Below, piece after piece: positions 38,065 through 52,769 of a stretch of 64,000 nucleotides of DNA. The stretch is from Camelus ferus. Its lineage: Eukaryota. The stretch lies in assembly GCF_009834535.1 (NCBI RefSeq), contig NC_045697.1:95916001-95980000 (forward strand), read 5' to 3'. Numbering within the stretch: position 1 is the first letter of the stretch; each line of letters starts with the position of its first letter. Position numbers and translations under genes: made by a program. The notes below the pieces were generated by a model. It was not told the origin of the DNA. It saw only the letters and a program-made list of their open reading frames with translations, and ran no database searches.

Positions 38065-38595
38065 ACTGTTGACTTGTTGCAATGAAAAAAACGAACACAG
38101 TGGAGAATCATAGGGCTCCTTGATAAGAGGTATTTGATTTAGGGGAGGTTTAAAGAACGTGGTACTTTGCTCTAGAATGGATGTTGTCTGAAAATGGTAT
38201 AATTCTATGCTTGAGCATCTTAAAATCTAGAAAATTGTAGGAATGAAGTGTGGGTAGTTATGTAAAGGAAACTAGACAGATGGACCTTTAACTAGTGAAG
38301 AAGCAGTGGCTGTTTATATTGGTCAGGATAGGTGAATCTTTGGTCATTGTGGTGTTTTATTTTTATATAAGTTCAGTTATTTTATATGAGTTCACTCTGT
38401 GACCATGGAATGGTCTTGGCTTTGTCTTAATTCATCAAGATCAGAGTGGTGTTATCCATTGTTTGTATTCTGGGAATTTTTATATTCAGTAGAACACAAA
38501 GACTAGCTATAATTACCTAGCTGTGAATGGCAGGTTAGCTATTGGCAACAAGAGGCCAGTTCCTGGCTATCAGAACCATATTTTTGCATCTCCTT
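38065..38595 (-). mobile_element. Ancient ERV1-like LTR (MER90/MER89-like; family uncertain)
   Basis: ctttgctctagaatggatgttgtc..aattctatg..gaagaagcagtggc..caggatagg..tttggtcatt..cagagtgg..gaggccagttcctgg. Confidence 0.5.
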
Positions 38596-39749
38596 CTCCC
38601 CATTTCCAACCAAAGACAGATGAAATCAGGTTGCAGGACACTAATTTATGATATAAAGATCTTCACTATTGCTAAAAATCCGCTGATCAGGAGACTATTC
38701 GGAAAATGCAGCCTGTAATTGTATTGATATTTGCTCCTTTTGTACCAGGATGAGTTGATGAATGCTCGGACTTGACAATGCATGTGTGGCAGCATGTAAT
38801 ATTCCAGGCAGGATATATCAGCCAACTTCAACACAGGCAATTATCAGAAACAGCAGTGTTGGCTTCTGGTAAACAGATCTTGATCGCTCAGTCTCTCTGG
38901 GTGAGCTTGATCTCTCCAAACACTGAGATGGCGGCTGGCCAGGCAACCTCAATTCTTGGATGAGTCTAAGAAAAACCATTGATTTTGAGTTTGTCCAAAA
39001 TTTGCTAATGTCAGTTTCTCAACTCTGCACATCTTGGAGCTGAAAGTGAAAGCCCATTTAACTAATAATTTTTAACCTTAGGTATCTACAAGTTTTCCTA
39101 GCTTACAAGGCAATCTTGGAACTCTAGGAGGAACCTAATGTTTGATTTAATTTAATCTGATTTTTCAGCAAGACAATTACCAATAAATGATAATAATTTT
39201 ACAAATATGTAAAGTACACCATAATTTGTCCCAAGTACAAATATTTGTGGTGTCATGATTTGGGTAACTTTTTTTATCTATTGTGTCAATTTCTATAACT
39301 CATTCATTTCCTTTCTCATATTTCTCTTCATTTTGATTCTCTATAGTTCCCTCCTTATTTCGTTGCTTTGATTTCTGTTGTGATTACCTCTCTTTTCTTT
39401 TTTTTCCTTAAATGTGTTTGAATTCTAATAAAACTTTGAAATATGTAAACATTAAACATTTATTTTACATTTTTTGTCTCCAAAGGTAGGATTAAGATAA
39501 ATTAATAATTATGTTCCTAATTTCAGGATCCCATGTTTTGTGATCTAGATAAAGTCCACAAGAAATAAAATTAGCAAATGTTAATTTATCATTTTGAAGA
39601 GTAAATCATATCATTTTGTCTCCAAATATATCATTAATTTTTGAAGATTCAGCAATGATACTTTTTTTGTTTGTTTGTTTGTTTGTTTTTTGCTTCTTAA
39701 ACAGGGATTTTAAAAAAAGCCACACAGTTTTCAAGTAAACCCATATATC

Positions 39750-40138
39750 TGTTGACAAACTGGTCTCTTACACAGAGGCAAGAAGACACTGAAGAAAGAG
39801 GCAGGCTTCAGATTGGTACCATGGCAGTTTTAATAAGCAAGGGGACCTACCTACGAGGCTTGCCTTGGGAGGCCACAAGATGAGTAGATCTCCGCACTTT
39901 CCTGCCAGAATCCTAAAAGCTTAGATAGAGACCTCAGTTGGATTCAATCATGAATTCAGCCCAGATGGTCTCAACAACACCTTATTATCCCTAGGCTTCA
40001 CTTGTGGAACGACTCCCGGTATGGGAACAGTAGACAGAACGTACATTCCAAGGACAGAGGAGGGAGCCTCCAAATGCCTGGGTCCAGCTGGAGGGTCAAC
40101 CAGAGGTCACATCCTCATGATCACCTCCTCTAATACCA
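39750..40138 (-). mobile_element. Solo LTR, family unassigned
   Basis: TG start, GC-richer block in AT-rich flanks, LTR-like antisense motifs (ttttaataagcaagggg, gagtagatctccgcac, cccagatggtctcaacaacacc). Confidence 0.55.
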
Positions 40139-41999
40139 TATAGCACATTGCAAGAGAAAAATAAGATTCTGACTAATGTTTATGAAGAAAACATCTAGTT
40201 CAATGAGTAATATTAGGAGGCTATTTGTCAGGATGGTCAAAAACTCTGCCAAAGAATGTTTTATACAAATATATATATTTACAAATATATATATACAAAT
40301 ATATATTAATTTTTGTGACCTTTGCCACAATTTGGAGACTCCAAATTGTGGCAAAGGTCACAAAAATTAATTTGGATATGTAATAAGGATGATTTAACAT
40401 CTTAATTTTAATACTGTTTAAGATATATTTAATCTAAAATTTTTGTATGAACTAGAATTTAGAGATAGATAAATTATCCCTTAGATCTTGGACTTTTTTT
40501 TGAAATCAAAGAAAGTTAATGGAACAAGCAAACAAACATATAAGTCATTTTAAAAGGGCCATATTTTACCACAATGTATTAAAATATAATCAATACATTT
40601 TAAAATGTCTTGGCTAGAATTATAACTTACAGAAAATCTTTCCATTATTATGTTCTATAAATATTATGCAGATGGACATAATCTTTCTGTGCCTCCCACA
40701 GTCATTTAAAATGTTTATCTTTAGTCAACAGTGGAGTAGACTGCTTTAATATCTAAAGAGTAAAACACAAGACACATGATTTAATTTTATCAGAAAGTCT
40801 TGCAATCTGTAGTTTATTACCGATAGCTGGTTTGCACAGATGACAATGCCAGAAGCTGACATATCTACATAATTAGGTAAGTCATGTTACTAAGTGAAAG
40901 TTTGCAATTAGCTAGTTTGATTCCCTTATTTCTGAGGTAAACATGTAAGATAAATACAAGTTTATGATATAGAGATAAAACTTACCACTCAAAGCCTTTT
41001 TATTAAAAACTAGCTATATATGTGTGGCTTACGCATTGCATATGCACACATATATACATATAAGCTTCCTTTAACTTGTGATTTAAAGTCTGATTCTTGG
41101 AATTTAGATCTTTAAGCTCTTCATATTGGTTTAGTTTAGGTGAAATTTACAGAGTTAGAAAATTATTGATGTGGAAATATTTGAAGATATCTTCATGGCA
41201 ACTTATTTCAAACTTTAATTAAGTTATTAAGTGTATTGGTTTGTCTGTGGGGGTGCGTGCTGTATCTAATGCTTTCAGAGGAAACTGCTTTCTGAGTCAG
41301 GGCACATGAGTTAAAAAAAGCAACCTTCTGTGAATAAGGATGACCAGCTACAGGGTTCTGGTGACCAGTAATGACTGAATGAGGCCTGATGGAAGAAAAG
41401 GTTTCCAGAGTGTATTTCATGTCTTTAAAGGAATGTTGTAATTGGAGAAGGTCAGATAAATGGAAAACGTTTTAAAGATGATTTGGATTAATAGCTTTCA
41501 GTTAAAAATGAGGAAAACAAAACAAAAAATAATGAATTAAATGACTTATCCTAAGTTATAGAGACAAAGCAATCAAATTGAAGTCAAAAGTTGGTATTTG
41601 ATCTTGTTGCCTATCCTAGTGAGGAACACTGTTAACTGTCTTCATATCATGTATTAGAACTCACAAGCAGATAGCAAGACTTCAGTGTTTAATCTTAGAT
41701 TCCACACTCAGAGGAGGAATTTTGGAGGGGGTAGTTGTGGTGATTTGGCAAACAGTACACACAGTATCAGAAGGGAGACATAAGATTAGTAAGAAGGAAA
41801 TTTGCTCAGCTACTGAGCAACACAAATTATTTTTGTCCCACCTAAAGCCACAGAAAACAATAAAAATCTTATACCCCATCTCAAGAATGCTTTGAGGGAG
41901 GTGAGCATATAGCAGTCTTTTTTCTTTCTTTCTTAATTTTGGCAAACCTTCTCTATTCTAATACTTTTACACATTACAGCAGAATTCAAAAATTTACAT

Positions 42000-42095
42000 G
42001 GGGGAAGTACAGCTCAGTGGTAGAGTGCACGCTTGGCACACACAGGGTCTGGGTTCAATCCCCAGCACCTCTGTTAAAAAAGAAAGAAAGAAAAT
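42000..42095 (+). mobile_element. tRNA-derived SINE (Vic-1-like, short form)
   Basis: A box (cagctcagtggtagag) and B box (gggttcaatccc) followed by an A-rich tail; no intact cloverleaf. Confidence 0.85.
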
Positions 42096-42529
42096 TCAAA
42101 GTCAAATAAAAATAAATATATAGTTTAAAAAATTTTTTAAAAATTTATTTTAATAACAAGCTAATAAGTCTCTATTAAGGATATCTGTATTTCAAGATCT
42201 CTTAATTACTGATATGAGAGCTATAAATTGTTTAGAATAAATATCTGAGGTAAGAATAAAGGAGAAGCCAGGTTTAGGGGTACAGAAATGCAAAAAGAAA
42301 CACCATATTAGAGAACAACAACAACAACAACAAATGAGAGACTTTGGATTTCGATCAGAATGCAATTTAAATTATTCTTGAATATTACTTACACTAGTTA
42401 TTGGATAGATAGTAACTAAGAATCAAATAAAGAGCCCACTTATAGTTATATTTGTACACTGACTTACACAATTGTACCACTGGTGGCTTACTGTGTTGTT
42501 TAGAATTCAGTCCCTAACACGTGCTCAGT

Positions 42530-43015
42530 AGTCATTCATTCAGCAAATATTTGTCAAGTAGCTACTATGAGCCAGACATTTTTCTATGTTGTAAACCTCA
42601 GTTGACAAAACTAAGTTACTTGACCCCAGGATGCATATATCCTAGAGGAGAGAGACAGGCAGGTAACAATAGAAATGATAAGTAAATTGTTTACTGAGAG
42701 CATACAGTTATATGATGAGGAAAGGTGTTAAAAGCATAAAATGGAAACGGTGGTAGGGTAAAGCAAACTGGGACCCCTGGAGTGGGTGGTGAGCAGCTTG
42801 CAGTATTCTACAGGGAAGTCAACATGAAGATGGGATATGAGCTTGGAGACTTGAAAGCAGAGTAAAACTGAACTGACAGCTCTATGGGAGGGAAGAATTC
42901 TCCAGGCACGGAAACAGCCACTGTAAAGCCATAAGGCTAAAGTGTGACTGTCATGTTTGAGAAACAGAGGGAGCTGAGCATGGCTGGCATGGAGTGAGCA
43001 AGGGCTAGAAGAACA
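42530..43015 (-). mobile_element. L2 remnant
   Basis: tcattcattcagcaaatatttgtcaagtagctactatgagccagaca..gggaagaattctccaggc..tgtaaagcc..tgtttgagaaacag..ggagtgagcaaggg. Confidence 0.7.
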
Positions 43016-44834
43016 GGTTATTCATTAACACCTGGTCCAGCCTCACTTCCTGATTTTGGGGTTCTTAATTCCTTCTCAGCTGAGTTACCTTCAGGGTCAC
43101 GGAAGCATCCTGGAACTGCCACTTCTCCATGCTAACAATGGCATATGGAAGTTCTGCTATACTACTTCCAGGGCAGTGTCTGTGGTGCCATTCAAATCAA
43201 GGAGCCCCTTCCCCTACTTAGGAATTTCTTCACAACTTTTGAAATGATTACTTCCTCAATACTGAAATTTGAGGTGTCAAAATTGGACTTCCTTCTGTAA
43301 AGAAGTATAAATAAACATGCTTCTCAGTTCAAATAAACACAGTATTTCCAACTAAATAAACACATATGTATTATATAATACATACAAGGCTCGGGTACCT
43401 TAAGTTATTCACTATGATATCCAAATTGTTTTGAAAATGGGTTGATTTTGTCACATTCCCGACACTTCATTTTTCCATAAGGGTGATATCTTTGTTACAT
43501 GTTTTTTGAATTAGTTTTCTTGTTCATGTATATTTTTAAATGAGTGTTTTCTTTCTAAAATTACTCTATTTTGAAAACATATTTTTAAAAACCTAAGTAA
43601 TAGGGTTTGCTTTATATTTATTTTTCTCACTGAGGTCCTAATGGTCTCCCTGTGGGAATCTGCCAAATACAATACATTTTTAAAGGTTTTGAAAATTAAA
43701 CCCCCTATGAAAAACTTAATTCTTGCATGCCCTTCACTCTTGTGTTTTTTTTTTTTTTCTTATGTAAAATATCAGCATACACACCAGAATGGAGAAAGAA
43801 CATATTCTGAATTATCTTTCAACATCACCTTATGGTTTCCTCAGCATCATTGGCCGTGTACTCCTGGCAGTGGGGAATATTTTGGCAATGTCTAAGCATG
43901 ATTTCCTACTTGCTCTCACATATGAGCCAAATGGGTAAACAGCCGGGAGCTTCTAGCCTTGGAGAAGCCTATTCACAAGAGACCAAATCACTGACATAGT
44001 CAGGGCATATACTTAATAGCTCCTTTCCTTTTGCTGTGTGGCATAGATCAAGATAATAGTAAGTAAAACATTATAAAATTAAGAAAATTAAAAATGCTTT
44101 TCAAAATTTCACCAATTTAATTTGTACATCTCTTTGTAAATCATAAATCTACAGTGAATAGATAAAATAACTAAAAATGTATGCATCTGAGACATATTCT
44201 CAGACTAAGTATCTGATTATCTTTGTGTTTTATTAATGTGTACATTGGTTTGGGGGTTGAGAAAAGAATAAAAATTCTTATGACATTTTGTTGTCTTAGA
44301 GAAATCATTACTAAATCATCCATTAGGACCTTTTTTCCTGCTTACTACATATATCAAAAAGGAGTATGGAAGTCTCCCATATAGGTAATGATTCTATTTC
44401 TATTTTCATTTCTAAATAGCTTTGATTTTCATGTTTAGATATACCACTGTGGACACAAAATCTTTATAAAAGCCCTCTTTTTTTTTTTGGTATTGTAACT
44501 TTATTCATATAAGTACCTTATATTGCTTAATGCTTATTGCTTGAAGCTTTTAAAATATTGTTCCCACTGGTCATTTCTGTTTTGGTTATATATTTCTGAG
44601 TTTACATTTCACTTTTAGATGTAATTCTTATGTTGTGCAATTACATGTGTTATAGACAACTGAAGTTTTTTTAGAAAGTAGAAATCTATAATATTTTCTT
44701 TCATTATCTTTTAACTTCTCTGCTGTGCTTTAACGTAACCTATTTCACTGCTATCCCCCAAATTTCCAGTTAAATTATACCCTGCCTGGCTGACCACTAA
44801 AATAGGCACCCCACCCAAGGACATTTCTGGGGAC

Positions 44835-47800
44835 ACCAGACCCAAATGATGAACTTAGTAGACAAGACTTCAAAGCAGTAAATTTAAGTATGTTCAAAGA
44901 AAATAAGAGATATTTTTAAAGAATTAAAGGAGAATATGATGATGATTTATCAAATTTAAAAATCTCAATAAAGAGATAGAAATTATATAATTTTAATACA
45001 TTAACCTCTAGAGTTTACAAGTACAATGACAAAAATGAAAAAAATTTTTTAGTAGATTTAGCTGGCATAAGAAAGCCTCAGAAGATTTGAAGATAGATCC
45101 ATAGAGATTATGTAATCCGAAGAAGAGAAAGAACAATGGTGAAATGGTGACTCAGACACCCATGAAGTACCATGAAGCAGATCATCATAGACGCAAAGGG
45201 AGTGAGAAAAAAAAGAAAGAAACAGACAGGAAAAAAAAAAATGTTTGAAGAAATAATGGCTAAAAACTTTCCAAATTTTATTAAACACATTAACCTACAT
45301 ATTATAAAAGCCCAATAAATTCTAAGTGGAATAAAACAAAGATATTTACACTTAGACACACAGGGTCAATCTATTGAAACACGATGACAAAAAGAAAACC
45401 TTCAAAGCAGCAAGTAAAAATTGATGTGTCACATACAAGTCAATTGCATAAAGTATAAAAGCTGACTTCTTTTCAAAAACGATGAAGGCCAGAAGGCAGT
45501 TTGATGATATATTCACAATGCTACAAGTAAAACGGTAACTACCAATAAAACCCAAAGAAAACCAACCAAACAAAAAAACCCATCAACAAAGTATCTTATA
45601 TATGGAAAATCTATCCTTCTAAAATGAAAGTGAATTGAAGACAGACACAAATAACAAAGACTCAGAAAAATCATTGCTATAAGAGGTGAATTATGAGTAT
45701 GTGTTTTTTTTAAGTTACATAGTTTGAAATAAAGTGAGAGCAGAAATAATTCAAATCTGCATGAAGAAATAATGGTATTTATTGGTAAAAAAACAAATAG
45801 GTAGGTAACTATAAAATATAGTATGATTATTAATTTTTCTCCATTCTTTTAATTGTCTTTTAAAAACTACAGAAAAAAACAATTACAAAATTATATTCTT
45901 GGAGATATATATACACACACATACATGATAAGCGGGCAAAGGAAGAGTCGGGTAATAAAACTGAAGTGAGGAAATGATACTAAGTTGTTACTCAAATCCA
46001 AAAGAAGAAATTTAAAATCCAGGAAATAATAAATAAGTAGTTTAATATACAAAACTCTGTAAATATATTCTATTTTTTCTTTGTTCTTTTAGTTTCTTTA
46101 AAAGGTACAGGATTATATAGAGCATTAATTATAATACTGTTTTTGGGTTTAGAACATACACAGATGCAATATATATCATTTAAGACAAAGAAAGGGAGAA
46201 AAAATGTAGTTATATTGGAACAATGTCTATATTTCACTGGAATTAAATTAATATAAATCTGAGACAGATTTAGATAAGATTTATAATGTCATCTCTAGAG
46301 CTACTACTAAGAAGAAAGAGCAAAAATACAAAGTATTTAAATAGTACACATGTACTTATCACAATAGATGGCAATAAAGGAAGACCAACAAACATAGAGT
46401 CATGATTAACATATAGAAAAAAAAAAACAACATAGAAGATATAAATTCAAGCAGAACAATAATAATATAAAATATGAATAATAAAAAACTCAAATCAAAA
46501 ACTTCAGGTTTTATCTAAGGCAAAATAAATGGAGGAGAAAACTAAATCCAAAGCAAGAAAAATAAACTTCAAAAAGGAATTAATAAAGTGAGAACATAAA
46601 TTAATAAAGCACAAAATTTAAAAAGCAATAGAGAAAATTTATAGCACTAGAATTTTGTTCTTTTTGAAAATTTAAAAAAAAAAAACCCCGACAATATTTA
46701 ACTAGATTGACAAAGAAAAATACAGAGAAAACATAAATTATTAACATCAGGAATGAAAGACAGGAGAATACTACCAACTGACCTAACAGATTTAAAACAA
46801 TTAAGGAATACTATGAACAAATTTATGTCACAAATTACACAACTTAGATAAATTTAAAAATTCTTATATACACAAATTTAGCTGAATAGACTCAAGAAAA
46901 AACAGAAAATTGAGTACACCTATTTTAAAAATGAAATTAAGTTAGTAAATAAAAATTGTCCCCCCACAAAAAAATATCCTGCCCCAGATGGCTGCAGTGT
47001 AATTTCTACCAAACATTTTCACAAAAAGTAATACTGATACTCCCCAGGCTATGCCATATAATAGAGCACGAGGGACTACTTCTTAGCTCATTCTCTAAGG
47101 CCAGTGCTACCCAGATTCCAAAGCTAGACAAAGATGTCACAAATCAAGAAACCTACAGACAAAGATATCATAAATCAAGAAAACTATAGACCAAATCCCT
47201 CATAGTTACAGATAGAAAAATCTTCAACAAAATACTAGCAAAACAAATCCAGCAACATATAAAAAGTGATTATATACCATGACAAGAGGGGTTTATCACA
47301 AGAAGGGAAAGTTGGCTTACTATGCCCCAAAATCAATTAGGTAATATACCATGCAAGAGCATAAAAGACAAAAACCAAATTTTATCTCCAAAGATACAAA
47401 AAATCAACTTACAAAATTCAAAATCCACTATGAATTTAAAAAAAAAAATTCAGTGCACTAGAAATAGATGGGAAATACCTCCACTTGATACTGAACATTT
47501 ACCAAAACAAAACAAAACAAAAAACCCCCCAAAACAACAACAACAAAAGAAACCAAAAAAGCTTACAATTGACTTCATACTTAATGGTGAATGACTATGT
47601 GCTTTTCTCTTAAGATCTTCAACAAGATTCTGCCCACTCAGCACTTCTATTCAACAGCCTACCACAGGTTTTAGCCAGCATTTAGGCAAGATAAAGAACA
47701 GAGAGAGAGAAATAAAATCTGGATAGATTGAAAAAGAAAAAATAAACTGCTTTTACTAACAACATGCTCTTGTATGCAGAAAATAATGAGGAATATATAC

Positions 47801-50060
47801 TTACACACACACACAACTCTAAGTTCCATCTGTCTCAATTAAAAGATTAAATATAAATTTTAGTAGAACTGAGAAAACCCCATTTACACTATTACTAGCA
47901 TCATTGATAAAATATTTAGGAATATGTTAATTAAAGTTGTGCAATTATTCTATGCTGAAACTACAGAACAATGTTTAGAGAAAACAAAGCAAGAGCTGAT
48001 AAAAATAAACTGAGAAATGTCTATGAATAACATTGGGAAGATATGATATTTTTTAAATGGCAGTAATTTTCAAGTTAATCTATTCAATGTGATCTTTATC
48101 CAAATTGCCACTGACATATTTTGCAGAAATTGGCAACCTTATTATAAAATAATATGGAAATTCAAAGGATGCAATAACCAAAACAATCTTAAAAATAAGA
48201 ATAAATGCACATCCTGGTGTCAAAATAGAGTGCAAAGCAACAGTAATCAAGACAATATGGTTATGACATAAGGAAAGACATATGGATTTGTGTCACAGAA
48301 TTAGGAATTCTGAAATAAATTATTTCATATATGATCAATTGATTTTCAACAAATACGTCAAAAATACTCAATGAAGAGAGGGTAGTCTTTTAAACAAATC
48401 ATCTTAAGACAACTGAATATTCAGTTCAAAAGTATGAATTTAGACTTTTACCTCACTCTATGAAAAGATTAACTTATGTAATAAGCTAATAAATGTAAGT
48501 GATAAACCTTTAAAAACTCTAAGAAAGTCTCTGTTTTCAGGATTAGGATAAATCATCTTGAATTTGGCTTAGGCAAATATTTCTTAGGTATTATATGGAC
48601 ATAGCAAGAAATAAAATTAAAAATTGATAAAACTGGATTTTTGTTTTTCAAAAGAGATTCTAAAGAAAGTGATAAGGCAAGCTATAGACTAGCAGAAAAT
48701 ATTTTCAATCATATATTCTATAAAGGACTTATATCCAGAATATATAAAGAAATCTCACAACTCAAAAATATAAATAGACCAAATCCATAAATAAAATTTG
48801 AATAATAATTTCACTAAAGTTGATATGCAAATGGCCAAAAAGCTCATGAAAAAATGTTTATAGTCAGTAATCTTTAGGGAAAAGCAAAAACCTAATGATA
48901 TAATCACTTCACAGCTATTAGAATGTTTGTAATTAAAAAGTCAGACAAGTCATTAGGGAAATGCAAATTAAAACAACAGGATATGCCATTACACACCATT
49001 TGGCCAAATACAGAGCACTGACAACACCAAATGTGAGCAAGGATGTGGAGCAACAGGAACTTTCATTCATTGCTGGTGGTTATGCAAACGATTACAGCCA
49101 CTTTGCAAGAGAGTTCACTGGTTTCTCATAAAATAAAACCATTACCACACAATCAGCAATCCTTCTCCTTTGTATTTACCCAGGGAAGTTGAAAACTTAC
49201 AGCCATACAAAAACCCCTACACATGTCTTTATAACAGCTTTATTCATAATTACCCAAACTTGGAGAAGAGATAAACAATGGTATATCCAGACATTGGAAT
49301 ATTATTCAGTGACAAAAAGAAATGAGCTATCAAGCCATGAAAAGACTTAGAGGAATCTTAAATGCATGTTGCTAAGTGAAAGAAGCCCATCTGAAAAGGC
49401 TAACTGTAGGAGTTCAACATCCTGAAATAGACAAAGCAATGGAGACAGTAAAAGGATCAGTGGTTGCCAGGGATTAGGGGTTGGAGAATGGGAATGGATG
49501 AATAGGCAGAGCACAGAAAATTTTTAGAGCAGTTAAAAAATACTCTGTATGATGGATACTTGTCATTATACATTTGTCCAAACCTATGGAATGTACAGCA
49601 CTAAGAGTGAATCCTAGTGTAAACTATGGACTTTGGGTGCTAATCATCTGTCAGTTTAAGTTCACCAGTTGCACCAAATGTTCCACTCTACTGTGTGATG
49701 TTGATAGTGGGAGAGGCTATGCATGTGTGAAGGAAAGGATACCTGGCAAATCTCTGCACCCTCTCAATTTTGCTGTGAAGCTAAATTTTTACTTACAAAT
49801 AAAATTTTTGAAAAGTAAGACAATAACAAGTACAGACAAGTATATGGTTAAACTAGAATATTCATATATTATTGATAGGTATATAATATGGTGTAGTCTG
49901 TTGACAACTTCTTAAAATATTAAACATAGATTTGACGTATCAGCAAGCAGTTGTACTTCTAGGTATATATTCAAGATAACTATGAAGATTTGTACACCCA
50001 AAGATCTGTATATGGATGTTCATTGCCACATGATTATTTGTAATAGCCCAAAGATCAAAG
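44835..50060 (+). mobile_element. Large decayed L1 (ORF1 remnant ~44835-45700, ORF2 remnants ~46500-48950, continuing after a nested insertion)
   Basis: ORF1-like tttgaagaaataatggctaaaaactttccaaat; ORF2-like aaaatcttcaacaaaatactagcaaaacaaatccagcaa (KIFNKILAKQIQQ) and gccccagatgg; strong A-rich sense bias. Confidence 0.85.
48949..49810 (+). mobile_element. L1MC1-like 3' fragment nested in the older L1
   Basis: gaatgtacagcactaagagtgaatcctagtgtaaactatggactttggg 3' UTR signature; flanking duplication aaaagtcagacaa (48936-48948) and aaaagtaagacaa (49811-49823). Confidence 0.8.
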
Positions 50061-51361
50061 ACAGAAAAGCAATGAATAGAATCACGTATCTGGACACTTT
50101 TTCTTAAAGTAATCATAAGTGTTGTAAAGTTATTTAATAAGAAACAAAATGAGAAGGGTATGGAGTTTCATTAATATGCAAGTTCTACAGCTGAATTATC
50201 TCTTAATTTATTAGGCAATGCAGTGAGCCCTTATGGAAAAATCACACAGAGAGAAATAATAAACAGCTATTCTTCAGAAAAAATAATTCATAACTACATT
50301 CCTAGTTCCCTTTCAGTAATATAGTAACCATAGCCAAACAATGCAAAGACCCAAGTTTTTCTTTATAGTTGTCTTTTCCTGAGCACATAGGATAAGGACT
50401 TGGGCTGAACAATGGAGAAGAAAGCTCTATTGTTGTAGCCAGGAAAAATAAGGAGAATATCTGATTTATTTTGAATGTCAGTGGTCAAAGTGTTAAGGAC
50501 TTTTCCTATATATTTTTATTAAAAAAACCCGCTGTTTTGCAAGCTCTAAATATATATTAAAATATTGACATGTTTATATGTCTAGTTTGGCTGTAGCTTT
50601 TATTCTGGATTTATTAAAAAGGACAGACTGCAAAGTAAATCTGATTTCAATTGTTTATATTTTACACATATAATAATAATGCAAGCTATTTGGAAAAGAG
50701 AATGTTACTAGAATTTATCAGGACTTCATTTACTGGAAAGATATTACAGTAACCTGTGTTTACTGTAGCTTGGTGAGTGCCATGAGAGTATGAACAGTAA
50801 TTGGCCTGTGGCATATCTTCAAATCATTACAAGCCCCAGGGTATTCATAAATCACCAGTTAGGAAGCATTTATTCAACACTATTCTTCAGTAGCAAATAC
50901 AGTAAAAGCCTATATTTTAATTTTACATGTAAGAGTCAAGTTCTCCAATTTTTTGAATACCTATTTCTCAAAATCCCATGTTAGCCTTAAATATTGCTCA
51001 AAATGTTGAAAAATATCCATTTTCACCTTAATAGGATGAAAAATAACAAGAAAGTAAAGGTATTGGGGAATAAGAAAAAACATGTGCATGCAGTTTGATG
51101 AATTCCAAATTATAACTCTGGTTTATTGGTACGTAATTGCACTGACAGAATATGCAGAGCTAATCCAAAACCAAAGTTAGAATTTATGATATTCTTAGGC
51201 AAGGGAAGCAATTAGAGAAGTTGTAAAGTAATATTTGACATATTTTATTAGATTAAAAAAATTACTTTTGGGCAAAAAAGCAACATCGAGTTAAAAGCTA
51301 AAAGTTAAAAGCTGAAAAAGAGCAAGAAAAGTATTTCAGCTTTTATGAGTCAGATGTTATA

Positions 51362-51977
51362 GCTATCTTGGTAATTTTAGGTGTCAAATTAACTGGGTCA
51401 CTGGGTGCTCAGATATTTGGTTAAAATTTATTTCTCGGTATGTCTGTGAATGTGCTTCTGGAGGAGATTAACATTTGAATAAGCAACTGGAAATAACATT
51501 TGAATAATTGTCATGTGAATAAATTATTATTTAAATAAGCAATTTGACTATGTAAAGCAGATTGTTCTCCCCACTGTGGGTGGGCCTCATTCAACCTGTT
51601 GAAGTCCTGAATAAAGGTCTGAGCAAGAAAGAATGATTTCTGTCTGTCTAATCGTCTTCTAGCTGAACATCTGTCTTCCGCCTTCAGACTCAGACTCAGA
51701 CTCTTGACTGAACTACACCATTGTCTCTCCCAGGTCTCCAGCTTGCCAACTGAAGATCTTCTAAACCTCCATAATCCCATCAGCCAATTCCTTATAGTAT
51801 ATAGTAATTATATATATATGTGTGTGTGTATATATATATAAAATTATATATATAGAATTTATTGTTATTATTGTTATAAAATTATATATATATATTAAAA
51901 TTTTATATATATATATATATATGTATATATATAGAGAGAGGGAGTGTTCTGTTTCTCTGGAGAACCCAAAGTAATAA
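51362..51977 (+). mobile_element. MLT2-type ERVL LTR with internal (TA)n expansion
   Basis: ggtaattttaggtgtcaa..cagatatttggttaaa..gagattaacatttgaat..gtaaagcagattg..gtgggcctcattcaa..gttctgtttctctggagaaccc. Confidence 0.88.
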
Positions 51978-52769
51978 AATAACAAATACACAAAGAAAAA
52001 AGTATGAAAACAATTAATCTAATCCAATAGAAAAACAGAGTTACAGTAAAAAATAAAGTAAAGAAGGAAAGAAGGAAAAGAACGTAGGGAAGAATATACA
52101 CAGAAAGTCACACAGGCAAAGCCAATAAATATTGGTAAAAGTAACAAGTCAATGGCTGAAAAAGTAATACTGAGAAGTGTACAGCTATTTATCAGATATA
52201 TAATACCCAGGAAAGATATGAGGAAGATTTCTCCTGTGCGTAACAGATCGCTTAGAAACCAGGGGAACGGTATTCCAGGGAATCCTCCCTCCCTTCACCC
52301 AAAGTCTTCAGGGATAAGGAGATTTGATGTCCCAACTCCTTAAGAACATGGGCTGTCACCACAGTGTGGATGTGTATCAGAAGACAAACTGTACAGATGA
52401 TAAATGGAAATTTATATAAGCAAAGTTGGTTACTTACCTATGTAAATGAGATAAACTTTACTGAATAGGTTATAGGTGTATTTTGCAGTAGATAAATCTG
52501 AAGGGAGGTTGAGATACAACATAATTAAATAAGACATCTTTGAGTTTGTTTCCTTATAAAGGAGATCTCTGTAGACACATTAACTTAGCTGAAAAAGAGT
52601 ATGGAAAATAAATTTTTACCAGTATGCATTTCAGGGGCTATGCCATTTCACTTTAACCTCCAGACAAACAATCATGAAGGAAGGTTGTACTGGGTATAAT
52701 AGATATAAAATTAAGATATAGAAATGGTAAGTAGGCAAACTTCTTTACTCAAACTTCTTTTTTAGTGTG

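Noticed and set aside
38640..38960. Balanced-composition segment with two overlapping short ORFs as a possible exon or pseudogene
   Set aside because: Translations match nothing I recognise, and it adjoins LTR and old L1 remnants
42000..42075. tRNA gene
   Set aside because: Has A and B boxes but no intact acceptor or anticodon stems, and ends in an A-rich tail; it is a SINE
52130..52680. Additional LTR-like remnant
   Set aside because: No termini, duplication or family motif that I could identify confidently
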